DNA of 34,583 bases from Conidiobolus incongruus B7586 (lineage: Eukaryota): assembly GCA_000697335.1 (NCBI GenBank), contig JNEM01011393.1:1-34583 (forward strand), read 5' to 3'. A program made the position numbers and the translations under genes. Below the pieces are notes generated by a model, which was not told the DNA's origin, did not search any database, and saw only the letters and a program-made list of their open reading frames with translations. Positions within the stretch are counted from its first letter, which is position 1. Each line of letters starts with the position of its first letter. This document shows, one piece after another, positions 23,241 through 34,583 of this stretch.

Positions 23241-24954
23241 ATGCTACCTAAACCAAATATAGCCGTTATGGGAACTACTGGGGTAGGCAACTCTAAGTTA
23301 GGAATAGAGCTGAGTAAAAAAACTTAATGGCGAAGTAATCAATGTTGACGCTAGGCAAGCAATAAGGATTTATTTATCCAATATATCTTAGTGTTAATAA
23401 TGATAGATGTATAAAGGATACCCAATTATTACCAATAAGGTAATAGAGTCAGAATCCGAAGGAATTCCTCATCATTTATTGGATTGTGTCGATATCAATG
23501 AGGAATATTATCTTAAAGATTTTGTTAAATTAGCTTTGAATAAAGTAATTTTTCATACTTTATGGTGATTTTATTTAACACTAATCTATACAGATTAATG
23601 ATTTACACAATAATAAAAAACTCCCAATCTTAGTGGGGGGGGGGGTATTCACTATTACCTTCAATCTCTAATATGAGACACTGGCCAAATCCCAATTGAA
23701 TCAAAATCAGACACCACAGGAAACGAAACCCTTCCATTCTTAAGTAAAATGGAAACAAATAACAAATGCGGAATTGTACGCCCATTAGAAGAAGTCGATC
23801 CGGAAATGCCAACTCATTGGCATCCCAATGATAGACGCAAAGTGATTCGCAGTTTGGAAGTATTTTACACTGCTAATAGGAAGCAACAGGATTGGTTCTT
23901 AGAGCAATGGGAATATCACAAATCGGAAGAGATTGTTCGTTTTCCAACTTTGATTTCTTGGCTGTTTGCCGATAAGCTAGTTGTGGTTGAGAGATTGAAT
24001 AGCAGGGTTGATGAGATGGTTAAGGTACTCTTATGAATATAATACTATCAGCATATAGATTAACAAGTTAACAGCAAGGCATATTCGATGAACTCGATCA
24101 ACTTGAAAGCGAACTTATCAATATGCCAGAGAATCCCGACGATTTTGAAGAAGGAATTAAACAATCTATAGGTGCTTCAATTTATTCTCCTTAGTATATT
24201 GAATTATTAATAAAATGATAAATTAGAATTCAAAGTGTTTGAAGAATATCTTGATCTCAAACATAAATCCAAAGATACATCAGAAACTCAAAATGAAGGA
24301 ATCAATAAACAATAACATAGTATGGATTTGAATAATATAGCAATAATTAACAGATTAGTAGGTTGAAAACTCTCAAACATCATTGGCTAGCTACGATGAA
24401 AACGCAGACTAGAAGGTATGCTAAACGTCAGGTGAATTGGATCCAACACCAAATCCTACGACTTCATTTCAAGCTCCAAGCACGGGAATAGTCAGTTGAA
24501 GACAATAATTTTAATATCTATTTATTCGGTACAGTTGTTAAATTAAGTTTATTTTTATAATATTAAATTAATCATTCATATTAATAGATTTAGCTAAATT
24601 GAAGGAAAATATACTGCATCAAGCTATTGACATCCATCAGAGTAATAAAAATTTAATTTTATGATAATGTCTAATGCTCAAATATTACTTTTAGGATTTT
24701 TAAATAATGAAACACTTCCTGAACCCTTCTCTCTTAATCCCACTGAAAAAGAATTCATGGAATCGAAAGACACATCCAGATCTGGTCCTACTTTCGTTGG
24801 CTGGAAGAAACGCATCTGTGAGGAATGTAGCAGAATGATAGATAATAAGACTGGTAAATTGGTACCTCCAGTAATTTTAAACGGAGATCAAGAGTGGGAA
24901 GCACATATCAAATCAAGATCGCATCGTAAGCAAGTACAATACAGTAGAAAATAG
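23241..24954 (+). pseudogene. MOD5: tRNA dimethylallyltransferase (tRNA-IPT) pseudogene
   Basis: Recognisable motifs GTTGVG(N)S, IITNKV, IPHHLL, VGG.HYYLQS, WHPNDRRKVIRSLE, TRRYAKRQ.NW and a C-terminal C-x2-C...H..SR.H zinc finger. Disabled by an A7 frameshift (23316-23322), a G11 frameshift (23635-23645), TGA 23674-23676, TAG 24489-24491, P-loop K>N, and a GG where a GT donor is expected (24298-24299). Confidence 0.88.
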
Positions 24955-25342
24955 AGCTTGCAATTAGTCGATGATAGACAGGGTAAAAAGCCTAATCTTA
25001 ATGATAGCAATGATCAAACGGTTGATAATAGTACAGACGATCAGTCTAAAATCTCCATAAATTAAAATATTATTGATATTAATTTTGAACTATTTATTTA
25101 ATTTAATGAAATAGCTGGTGTAAAAAACGCTTTTCACCTTTCCAAATTATACCAAAGAGGAAATTAATTTCAATTTAATATAATATATAAATATTCTATA
25201 TATGAAGAGAGTAAAAACAATATAAAATATCAATTTGTTTGAGCTATTATCTTTGCATAAGTTGATAAATTTTATTTATGCTTTAATAAATTAATATTTA
25301 TCATTTAATCTGAATTATTTTAGTTTTCGTTTAAAATGTAAC

Positions 25343-25345
<3 letters not shown>

Positions 25346-25391
<46 letters not shown>
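25346..25391. repeat. (AT)n microsatellite with one interruption
   Basis: About 18 perfect AT units, then GT and further AT units. Confidence 0.95.
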
Positions 25392-26042
25392 TATATTTTT
25401 TGGATAATTTGAAATGTGACATGGGTTCTGAACCAAAACATTTGATATTTTTGTTCTCAATGTAAAAGGATAATTCTTTCAGAATTCTTGGTAATCAATC
25501 AATTTTGTTTAATTGGTAATTAATAAAAAAGCATTCAACCTAAATTAAAGATTTGAAAATAATATGCTTAAATCAGAAGACTTGCATATATTATCGCAAT
25601 GAAAGTTATAAGGTAATAACATTTTGTAAAATTTACCTGAACGACAAGAATAACAGTTTGGAGATTCGATGATATCACATCAAACATGGTCATTCATACA
25701 AATGCAATTTCCAGAATACATTGGATAATGATAGTCACAATCAACAGTTGTGAGCAAGCTAAATATGTCAGGGATATTTATTATAGACTTAATCATGATT
25801 AATTGAATGATATTGTGTTTTTAAAATCATCACAAGTTTATATATTCATAGATTATTTACTTTATCACATTAAGCAATACCTTTTTAAGGGCCAAATTGA
25901 TTCATCTTTATTATTACCATAGAATTAAAGAAATGGGAAATTTTTTAATTTCTAATTTTTCAAACATATTATTAATTTCAAATAAAAAAATATATACAAA
26001 AAAATAAGAAAATAAATAGTTTTGAATTATATATATATAATA

Positions 26043-27200
26043 ATTTTTTGATTAAAAAATTAATTTTTTAAAATTGGTTGTTTAATTTAATTATGCTTAA
26101 ACTAAATAGTAATCATCAAAAGTTTTTTATTTTAGTATTAATAAAACTTAACCATAAACCCTTTAAAATCATTTAAAATTTACAAACAGTTTTTAATAAT
26201 AAAACATTATCTAAATTAATAATTTATTATTAAGTAAATTACTTTAAAGTTAAAAGAAAATCTATTTAAAACTTGTTAAAATTTAAAAGATTAATTTTAA
26301 CTATTATTTTTTTAATTATTAATAAAGTGAAAAATTATATTAAAAAATACCTTTTTATTTTAGTTAAAGAATTATCAAGATACTTTAATATTAGTTACAT
26401 AAGTATTATATATATATTAAAATTAAAATTAAAATTAATTAATAAAAATATAAAATAAATAACTTATAATTTAACTAAAACTTGAAAAAAATTAGAGTAA
26501 CTATTGTTAAATAAAATATACTAAGGTATAATTAAAAACTAAAGCTTTTATAATGAATTATTATAATTAATAAATCTTAAATTTCTTTGTATAATCTTTT
26601 ATTAAAACATAAATTAAAGTGTTAGATTAAGTTAAATTAACCCCTTTTATAAATTCTTTTAAATAAACACTTTATTAATAAGTGAATATTAATTATTATA
26701 ATAAATTATAATAAATTATAATAATATATGTTATATTTATTAAATTTTTAAAAGAAAATTAATTAATAATAAACTTTATATTTTTTTTAATTAAAATTAT
26801 TTTTAATTAGTATTCTTAATGTAATTTGAGAAAACTTATTATTTTATATAATAATTGTAAAATATATAAATTTAAAGTTGTAAAAAACTTTCTAATTAAA
26901 AATAACTAGAAAAAACTACCATATTTAATATATTTTTTAGATTATAACTTATGTGATTAAAATTATTTTAAGTAATTAAAAAACTAATTTATAAAAAAGA
27001 AAATTTCTATAGGAAAATTTAATTAATTTTTAAAACATTAAATTTTAGTCTTTAATAAAAAAAATTATTTTTTAAGTGTTAAATCTTTATTAAAAGTATA
27101 ATAAAAAATTATTAGATATAAAAGAAATTATTAATTTTATATTATATATTTATTTTTACTTTTAATATATTAAAAGGTTTATTTTTTTCTAATTGCAAAA
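26043..27200 (+). repeat. Decayed AT-rich dispersed repeat, copy B (probable TE relic, at least 1.1 kb)
   Basis: Its first ~400 nt are colinear with 34205-34583 and its last ~320 nt with 1-330. Boundaries approximate; no recognisable TE protein motif. Confidence 0.75.
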
Positions 27201-28173
27201 AATTCCTATTATTTAAATTATAAAGTAATATCTTTAATATTCTTAATACTAAATAATATAATATATAAAAAATATATATATTTATGTTATAATTTCAAAA
27301 GGTAATTTTGATAATTCAATCAATCAATGAGTTTTTTATTAATATCACATTTAATCAATATATATGACTATTTATGACTTATTTCATGTTGGATTAAATT
27401 GTTTGTTAGTTATATATGAGTCAATTTATATATTAATCAAATGTAGAAGGTAATGATATTCTTTATAATAATTGATTCAAGCATTGTTAAGAATGAGGTT
27501 TAGCAAAGTTATATATTGGATATAATCATCCCAAATGAAGTCCAGTTGAGTGTGAGAAAATATATTAATATATATGTATCAATATTAGAAAAGAAAATTA
27601 ATATATTAAAATGATTGGTTGAGAGACAAACCTAATTTTTTAGGTCACAGATTTTCAAAACTTTTAAATGATATATAGCTCTTTAATTCAATTTCTATAA
27701 TTAGTATAGTTCATTAGAATCTCTGAATTATTAGTGGCATGTAATAATGAATATTGATAATTATAATTATGAATCAGGATATTTTGTAATATTTTTAAAT
27801 TAATATTGTTAAGATATTTGGTATTTGAATGCAGAAAAATAAGTGTGCAATTACTTTCAGTATATTATATATCTTGTATAAAATATACAAATTCTTTCCA
27901 ATTTAACTAATATATGCATTACCATAGCAACCTGAATTGACAAAGTGTTTGAATTAATTGATTAATAAATCGAATCTACTCATCTATAATATAACATAAA
28001 ATCCCATTGAAATGCTAAATTCTATTTTATTTAAAAAATGATTTGGTTTAATTAAAAATTGGTGTCTTTATTCAATTTTTCAAATAAGTAATATCAGTGG
28101 CCAAGTTATACATTTAAAGATTATTTTAACATGAAAAAATTCATTATATTATATAAAAATTTGAGAATTGAAA

Positions 28174-30662
28174 TTAATCATTTCCATAAACTCTCCAGCC
28201 ACTCAACCATTTACGTCCTTTCAAATCGATACTGGGTTTGGAGTAACCGTAAGTGAGTGGGCTAAAGTACCAAAATATTAGGAAAACCACCAGCATAATC
28301 ACAATTACAAGTTTTCTTTGGGATGATTTGCTTAATCTGACCAGTACAAAATCTAAGATAAAACCCAAATTAATCACTGCAAAATAGAGTGCTGGGAAGT
28401 AATGATGGAAATAGAGTACTCGTCCCATTATGTAGAAGGGGACAAAATGGAGAATCCAGCCAAGTAGGAGTGTGTGGCCAAAAAATTCAAACTTTTCCCA
28501 ATCTTTCTTGACCCATTCGCGAACTCCCCGACGCATACGGACCTGATAATAGATGAGAAGAAGTATGTGTATAATGAGTGAGATTGTAGATGCCCACCAG
28601 ACGATAGGGTTGCCAATCATTAAGAATTTGATCTCATTGTCGCCCCAGCCACACATGCGGATGGTATGGAGCATGAATGGCCAGTGGTAAGGTTGACTAG
28701 TCAAAGGATCGTCACGATCTTCATCAGGTCGCAAATTGTTGTTGTCACTCCACATTGCGTGATTAATACGGAATAAGTCGCGCCAAAATGCTGGTTTGAA
28801 CTTACGAGGAGGTGCTGGTGGCAGCTTTTCGTGTCGATTCCACTCAATGTTCCACAATGTTTCCAGTGCGTTGGAATTGGTGTTCTTCTCGCACCAAACC
28901 TCAAGTTGGTCGAATCCCCAGCCTGGGAGGCGACGATCACTTGATGCTAATAAGCAGCCGGTTTCAATGTGGCGTAATTGGAATCGTGTAGTGAGACTGT
29001 GGACATACTGCGGTTTGTGCTTAAGATTGAGATCATCGTAAATGTCGAAGCGCCATAAATCGCGTACTTCTGTAACGTTATCGGAACCAGCTGCACTTAC
29101 ATGATATCCTCTAGCACCGCTCACAGGAGCATCCCAGTCAGTCCACACACGCAAATACTTTCCAGTAGCGTTGTGACGAAGACGGACCTGAATATCGCTA
29201 GAAATGTATTGAACTTCTTTATCTGGATCGTAAGTACCATACGATGGTACAACTGTGAAGATATTGTTCTCGTCTTTAAATCGATAATTGGTGATCTGCT
29301 GTTCTTTACTGTACTCAGGATACTCGTGATCATGAGAGTGGAGTAAGCCAGAATCGAGGAAGTTGCCTCGAATTGTGACATTGGCGCCCATGGCGAGTAA
29401 TAAAGGATCATCTTGAAGATCAGAACCTGTTAAGCCATATTGGAATAAGGAGCTGAGAGTACCATCATCGGGTCCAGTTCTGTTAAGTATACCAAAATGA
29501 ATCTTAAACATCAGAACATAGAAACTAGCTGGAAGGATAATGAGGCAGAGGATCCTTGCAAGCCAGTGGCTAGAATAAGTTGTGAATCGCATCTTTAAGT
29601 CTCCAGTCTTCGCCCACAGGTCTCTGATGGTGTAAAGACCAATCAAAGTGACTGAAAACAGTCCAATCCACTTGGTACTAGAAACTGCACCAATTGATAA
29701 GCCGCTGCAAATGAGCCACAACCACCAATTTCTCGAAAATGGACGCTTTCTCTGGTTATGAAACATTACCAAACAATGTAACGAAGTAGCAGTGAATAGC
29801 AATAACGTAGTATCCAATAGAATAAACTTGGAAATCACAGTGAAACCATTATCAAAGATAATAAACCAACTCACCAACAGTGCAGCATAATGTGACATGC
29901 CCAATTCCAAAGATGTCCAATAAGCCAGTGGAATAATTAAGATGCCAAAAGTGGCTAACCATGCTCGCATGATCCAGTATCTCATACCCTCTGGATAGTC
30001 TTCACCCTCGAAACTGAAACGACCGTCGTATCCTGCTATTTTACCACCCACTCCAACTAACATCTTACCAAGTGGGGGATGTACATCATGATAGAATGAT
30101 CCTTTGAGATAGTGAGATCCAAACTAAAGATAAGAATCAGCATAATTGTCTAATTAGCACTATTCATTAATTTATACCTTGCCAAAATGTACCTAAATAT
30201 AGTCAACGTACAATTATTTAATATAAAGAATATATATATATATATATAATTTGGTTTTACCTCATCCCAAATAGGCTTATTAGCTCTACCAATTGCATAA
30301 TATCTAGTAATCATACCCAACAAAATTATAATAATAACACTATACTTTGTCGTATTATAATTAGATTCTTGTATCTATTCAATTGCAATTAACATTATAT
30401 ACTATCTCAAAAAAGTTATATCTATTACTTTTGGTTTAATTTTTCCCAATTCAATGCTCTTAATATCGTCTGACTTCTTATCTAGTATATCATCAGGGTC
30501 TGATAAAAACACTTCATCGCCTTGTAGTGGCCTAATGTTGTAACTATTGGATAATTTATCAACTTCTTTTTCGTTAGTTATAGGAATATCCATCAACTCT
30601 TTATCCCATTCTTTATCCTCAGCCGGATGTAATTGGGTGTAGACATTACGTCGTTTTAACAT
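28174..30662 (-). CDS. PMT2: Dolichyl-phosphate-mannose:protein O-mannosyltransferase, PMT2 subfamily-like (770 aa, 4 exons)
   Basis: Exons 30662-30429, 30374-30261, 30192-30178 (15 nt) and 30123-28174 join in frame to give IWDE-VHFGK-FGSHY...DVHPPLGKML. Also MIR-loop LLHSH and QQIT, IRMCGW, and GRVLYFHHYFPALYF. Confidence 0.9.
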
Positions 30663-31491
30663 TATTTAATTTTGATTCAATATTTGTAAAACTTAAAGTA
30701 TTTTTTCTAATAAAATGAATATTATGGATAAAAATGTGATATTGTGTTCGTTATATTTTGAAATATTGACAAGTTCTTTAATGAAATTATTGAATGATTT
30801 AGTTTATAGTTCAGAATTAAATCTATTTCTTTGTTAATCAAATTAGTGGGAATTTACATCATCAGGTTATTTTTAATTTCTTGGTAAAATCGATTGCCAC
30901 ATTTATTAAATGTGCTGAAATTTTAAGCTAATAGGGGTAAGGAGTAAAGATTTTCATTCTAGCATTTTAGTTTTTTAATTTTCAATAGTAATTGTGATTA
31001 TCAAGTTTATATTGTGTATTGTATTTTTCTATTGATTGTTATTTTCCACACTCAATTAAAATATTAAAATTTATCATTTTTTATAAAGCTCAAAATATAA
31101 ATTTAAAATTTCATAACATTTCAATAAATCTACTCAAATAAATTTCCATTTTATCTTTTAAATTAGAATACTATTATAAAATAGGTAAGATTAGGTTTAT
31201 TTTCTTAACTTTTCAATAAAATATCAACCAAATTTAAAGTGGATTTTATTGTTGGCGATAAACCAATCATATCGATTAATATCATATAATGGCTAAAAAT
31301 ATTGGTTTAAATTGATCTAATATAATCCAGTGAGAAAATAAAGCAGTATATTTGACTGTTAAATATTAGGTTCAATAAATTTTAAAAAAATATATGTATA
31401 TATAAGTTTCTATTATATTTGTTAAATTATTGAATTAATATCAGAGACAAAATTTAAATAGATTAGATTAGATTTAAGTATCAATAACTAA

Positions 31492-31872
31492 TTAATTCAA
31501 TGTCTTCACCTTATCCCAAAGTTGATCAGCCTCTGTCAAAACCTTTTGAATACTTTTCACAGCTTGTTTCCTTCTATCTTTAACTTCTGGCATATCGGTA
31601 CATTCTACACCGTCAATTTTAAACAACATCTGTAACAATAGTTCACTAATTTTGGCATGAGTTTCTTCCAACTTGGTCTTAGATTTCACAAATTCTTCAT
31701 CATCAGGTTGAGCATTAGGATATTTAGCTGTAAATTTTTCAACTTGATATGGAAATTCTTCAACCAGTTGGTCGGTACGTTCGTAAGCGATTTTTTCGAA
31801 CTGTTCAATTTGTTGAATTTTTAATTCTTCGGGAGTTGGTTCAGGTTCAGGTTTACTGAAGAAATATCCCAT
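31492..31872 (-). CDS. Small BAG-domain Hsp70 co-chaperone (126 aa)
   Basis: ISELLLQMLFKIDGVE...VKDRRKQAVKSIQKVL is the BAG helix 2/3 signature; N-terminus MGYFFSK. Confidence 0.85.
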   Translation of the reverse strand: MGYFFSKPEPEPTPEELKIQQIEQFEKIAYERTDQLVEEFPYQVEKFTAKYPNAQPDDEEFVKSKTKLEETHAKISELLLQMLFKIDGVECTDMPEVKDRRKQAVKSIQKVLTEADQLWDKVKTLN

Positions 31873-32300
31873 CTTTTTTATTGAATTATTTGTTTTAGTT
31901 GATAATTGGATTAAAATTGAATATTGAAATGAATTTATTGTTTATTATTGGTTGCTATGAATAATTGTGGGATTGAAAGTTTTATTAATAGAAAGGCTAA
32001 TTAACAAAAATAATTAAAATACCTTAGAAGTGTTTTTAAAGTAAAAAATTGATATTAAATAACGTTGATTTGATTGAAATAATATATAAATATGCTGAAA
32101 TATTTTAATTACCATAGATTGAATTTAATTTGGAATAAAGAGAAAATAATTTCCTAAGAAGCAAATACATTGAGAAATCCCATAAACAGAATTCAACATA
32201 TAAAAATCATAAATAGTTATTTCAATTCCGAAATAATATAAAATTTATGAAACAAAATATTAGATATTAAAAAAAATATTAATAATACAAATAAATAAAA

Positions 32301-32723
32301 ATGCTGGGTCCTTTTAGAGCTAGTTTAACAGCTTTGGGTGGTTTAGTATGGTAATACATAATTTCATAATAATTCAATTTAAAAAATTAATCAAAATAGG
32401 AAAAATCCATGGAAAATGAGTTCTTGCCGCAAAGCCAACTTACGCAAACGTTTAAAGGATGTTGACGAAGTCGTCAAAACTTTATCCGATTCCGGTTACA
32501 CTTGCCGTAGATTAGTAATTCATGCATTCATAACCATTAGATTATAAAATTCATCTATTATATTTAGGAAGAGTTTAAAAAACTCCCTACCGAAAGCGAA
32601 TTAAGTCCCAGGGAAAAATATACAGTATTTTCCAAATCCACCAAGGGTCATCGTTTAGTTATTCATAAAGTGCCCAAATTTACTAAATTACCTCACCCTA
32701 GAAAATCTCCAATCGGTTTCTAA
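32301..32723 (+). CDS. MRPL31: Mitochondrial large-subunit ribosomal protein L31 (mL60), 106 aa, 3 exons
   Basis: Exons 32301-32350, 32400-32514 and 32568-32723 give MLGPFRASLTALGGLVWKNPWKMS..RK..LRKRLKDVDEVV...LPTESELSPREKYTVF...IHKVPKFTK...PIGF. Not in the ORF track. Confidence 0.92.
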
Positions 32724-34204
32724 TTTGAGAATAGTATTTAATAAATATAATGTATTAGGTATCCAATTGTAGATATCAATTTTATGTAACTATCTTTTAG
32801 TTAAATTTTTCATACTATTCGATGTATTGGATTATATATCATTTTTTGACTCAACAGTTATTAAATATTAAATTACAAAATTATTATAGATAAATTTGTT
32901 CTATTATATTATATACTATTTTTTAAAATAATTTCATAAGTATATTTTCATAACCATATATCAGTTAATAAATTTATTTATGTACGTATCACATTATCGA
33001 AATAATTTTATTAAAATATTTAAATTTTAATCTCAATCAACACAACAAAAAACCCAATAACAATCATTTTATCATATCATCCCATAATTTCTTATTTCTA
33101 ATTTCAAATGTTTAAATCCCTTCATTAATTATTACACCATTAAAAAATTAATTAACTACTATAGCGGGGTGTGATGAGAAATATTTTAATTCGAGGCAAT
33201 AATTAGAAAATCAAATAAATGACAGAACAATATAGTGGTGAAACCTAGAAAGTTTTGATATATTTAACATCTATAATTGTCTTCAGTTATAAACTTTATA
33301 ATGTTTGTGATCCAGCTTTGCATTCTTCCATGAATCAAGCAAGGATATACTTGGCTTTGCTGATTTTTCCAACCACTATTGAGATTCTCCTGAGATTGAC
33401 TAGATCAAATTAAAAATGAAAAAAATGAACTGTTTTAAGGAGAAATAAGTTTTAAAATAAATTTCAAAACAAAAAATTAAATATACATAAAAAATACAAG
33501 AATTATTATACCATTATATTCCAAAATTCAAATCCTTTCAAAATAAAAAGTATATATTTATAGTGAATAAGTAATAAACCTTATAATTACCTGCAATATT
33601 TAAACCCTCAGCTTCGTAAAAATAGTAATAATAATTTTAAACCATCCTAACCTCATATTGTTCAGGATGACCAAAAGGAGAAATTAGCATAAGCCATACT
33701 AAATAGTTATTGCGCAATATTGATTATATGATATTGTTTAAATTGGTATTACAATCCAAAATTAGTAATTCTGAAGTATTGGCTTTTAAGAATAAAAATA
33801 ATATGAATATAGATATTCAATATATTGAATTATTTTGCCATGATAAAATTGGTATTCGTATTATTCAATTTAATAATCTGATTAAATTGTTTCCAATATT
33901 TAATAAATGAATAAATGTTATTCATGGTTTTAAATTTTAAAACCATTTATATTTTGAATTGATTTCCATTTCATTATCATATTTTTATTTAATCTAGAAT
34001 TCAGTCATTCAAATTCAATTTTATCAACAATTAATCTGAATTAGTTTTTTTTAACTTTTACCATAAAATAAAATGAAAAATTTTTTGATTTTTGATTTTT
34101 GACTTTTGACTTTTCAAATATATCATTAGTTTTAGAAAAAAATATATATAGTAAATATAGGAAAATAAATAATTTCAGACTATATATTTATATTTATTTA
34201 TAGT

Positions 34205-34583
34205 ATTTTTTTATTAAAAAATTATTTTTTAAAAATTTATTGTTTATTTCAATTATATTTTAATTATTATCATCAAAAGTTTTTTATTTTAAAATAAGTA
34301 AAACCTAACCATAGGTATTTCAAAACTAATTAAAAATTACAAACAACTTTCAAAGATAGTATTTTATTTAAAATAATTATATTTTTCTAGATAAATTATT
34401 TTAAAGCTAAAAAATTATTTAAATCTTATTAAAACCTAAATAACTAATATAAACTATTATTCTTTTAATTATTAATAAAATAAATAATTTTATAATTAAA
34501 AATATAATTTTATTTTAATTAAAGAATTATCAAAACATTTTAATATTAATTATACAAATATTTTATTTATATTAAATTATAAA
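34205..34583 (+). repeat. Decayed AT-rich dispersed repeat, copy C (runs off the right edge)
   Basis: Colinear with ~26043-26430, e.g. atcatcaaaagttttttatttta shared exactly; taaaacctaaccata vs taaaacttaaccata; ttaaagaattatcaa shared. Confidence 0.8.

Noticed and set aside
22580..23241. Functional link between tRNA-Pro and the adjacent MOD5 locus
   Set aside because: tRNA-Pro is not an i6A37 substrate; adjacency is likely coincidental.
26273..26458. Ile/Lys/Leu-rich short ORFs here and at 10956, 17762, 20359, 33710
   Set aside because: Compositional artefacts of AT-rich or antisense DNA.
33130..33950. Stop-riddled coding-like frames, including an ILGFADF word reminiscent of reverse transcriptase
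   Set aside because: No further RT motifs; no frame or splice model could be supported.

Overview
AT-rich eukaryotic nuclear DNA: intergenic DNA is extremely AT-rich, exons are clearly GC-richer, and GT-AG introns are about 45-70 nt. It is fungal, most plausibly an early-diverging zoopagomycete such as Conidiobolus/Entomophthorales (inference only). The left third (840-10240) is a minus-strand secretome island: two related, Kex2-site-bearing Gly/Phe-rich secreted peptide genes of a family I do not recognise, a tRNA-Asp, and four tandem 642-nt AA11-like copper LPMO genes. One LPMO copy is a pseudogene and the array shows patchwork gene conversion. The rest is housekeeping DNA that I spliced by hand: an SNX41/Atg20-like PX-BAR sorting nexin, a TVP38-like protein, an apparently C-terminally short ASCC2/Cue3-like CUE protein, a MIX14/CHCHD5-like quadruple-CX9C protein, a six-exon ZC4H2-like coiled-coil gene without the zinc finger, tRNA-Pro, a multiply disabled MOD5 tRNA-isopentenyltransferase pseudogene, a PMT2-like O-mannosyltransferase with a 15-nt micro-exon, a possibly myristoylated solo BAG protein and MRPL31. 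Three decayed copies of one AT-rich dispersed repeat lie at about 1-330, 26043-27200 and 34205-end. Family assignments come from motif recognition by eye, not database searches.
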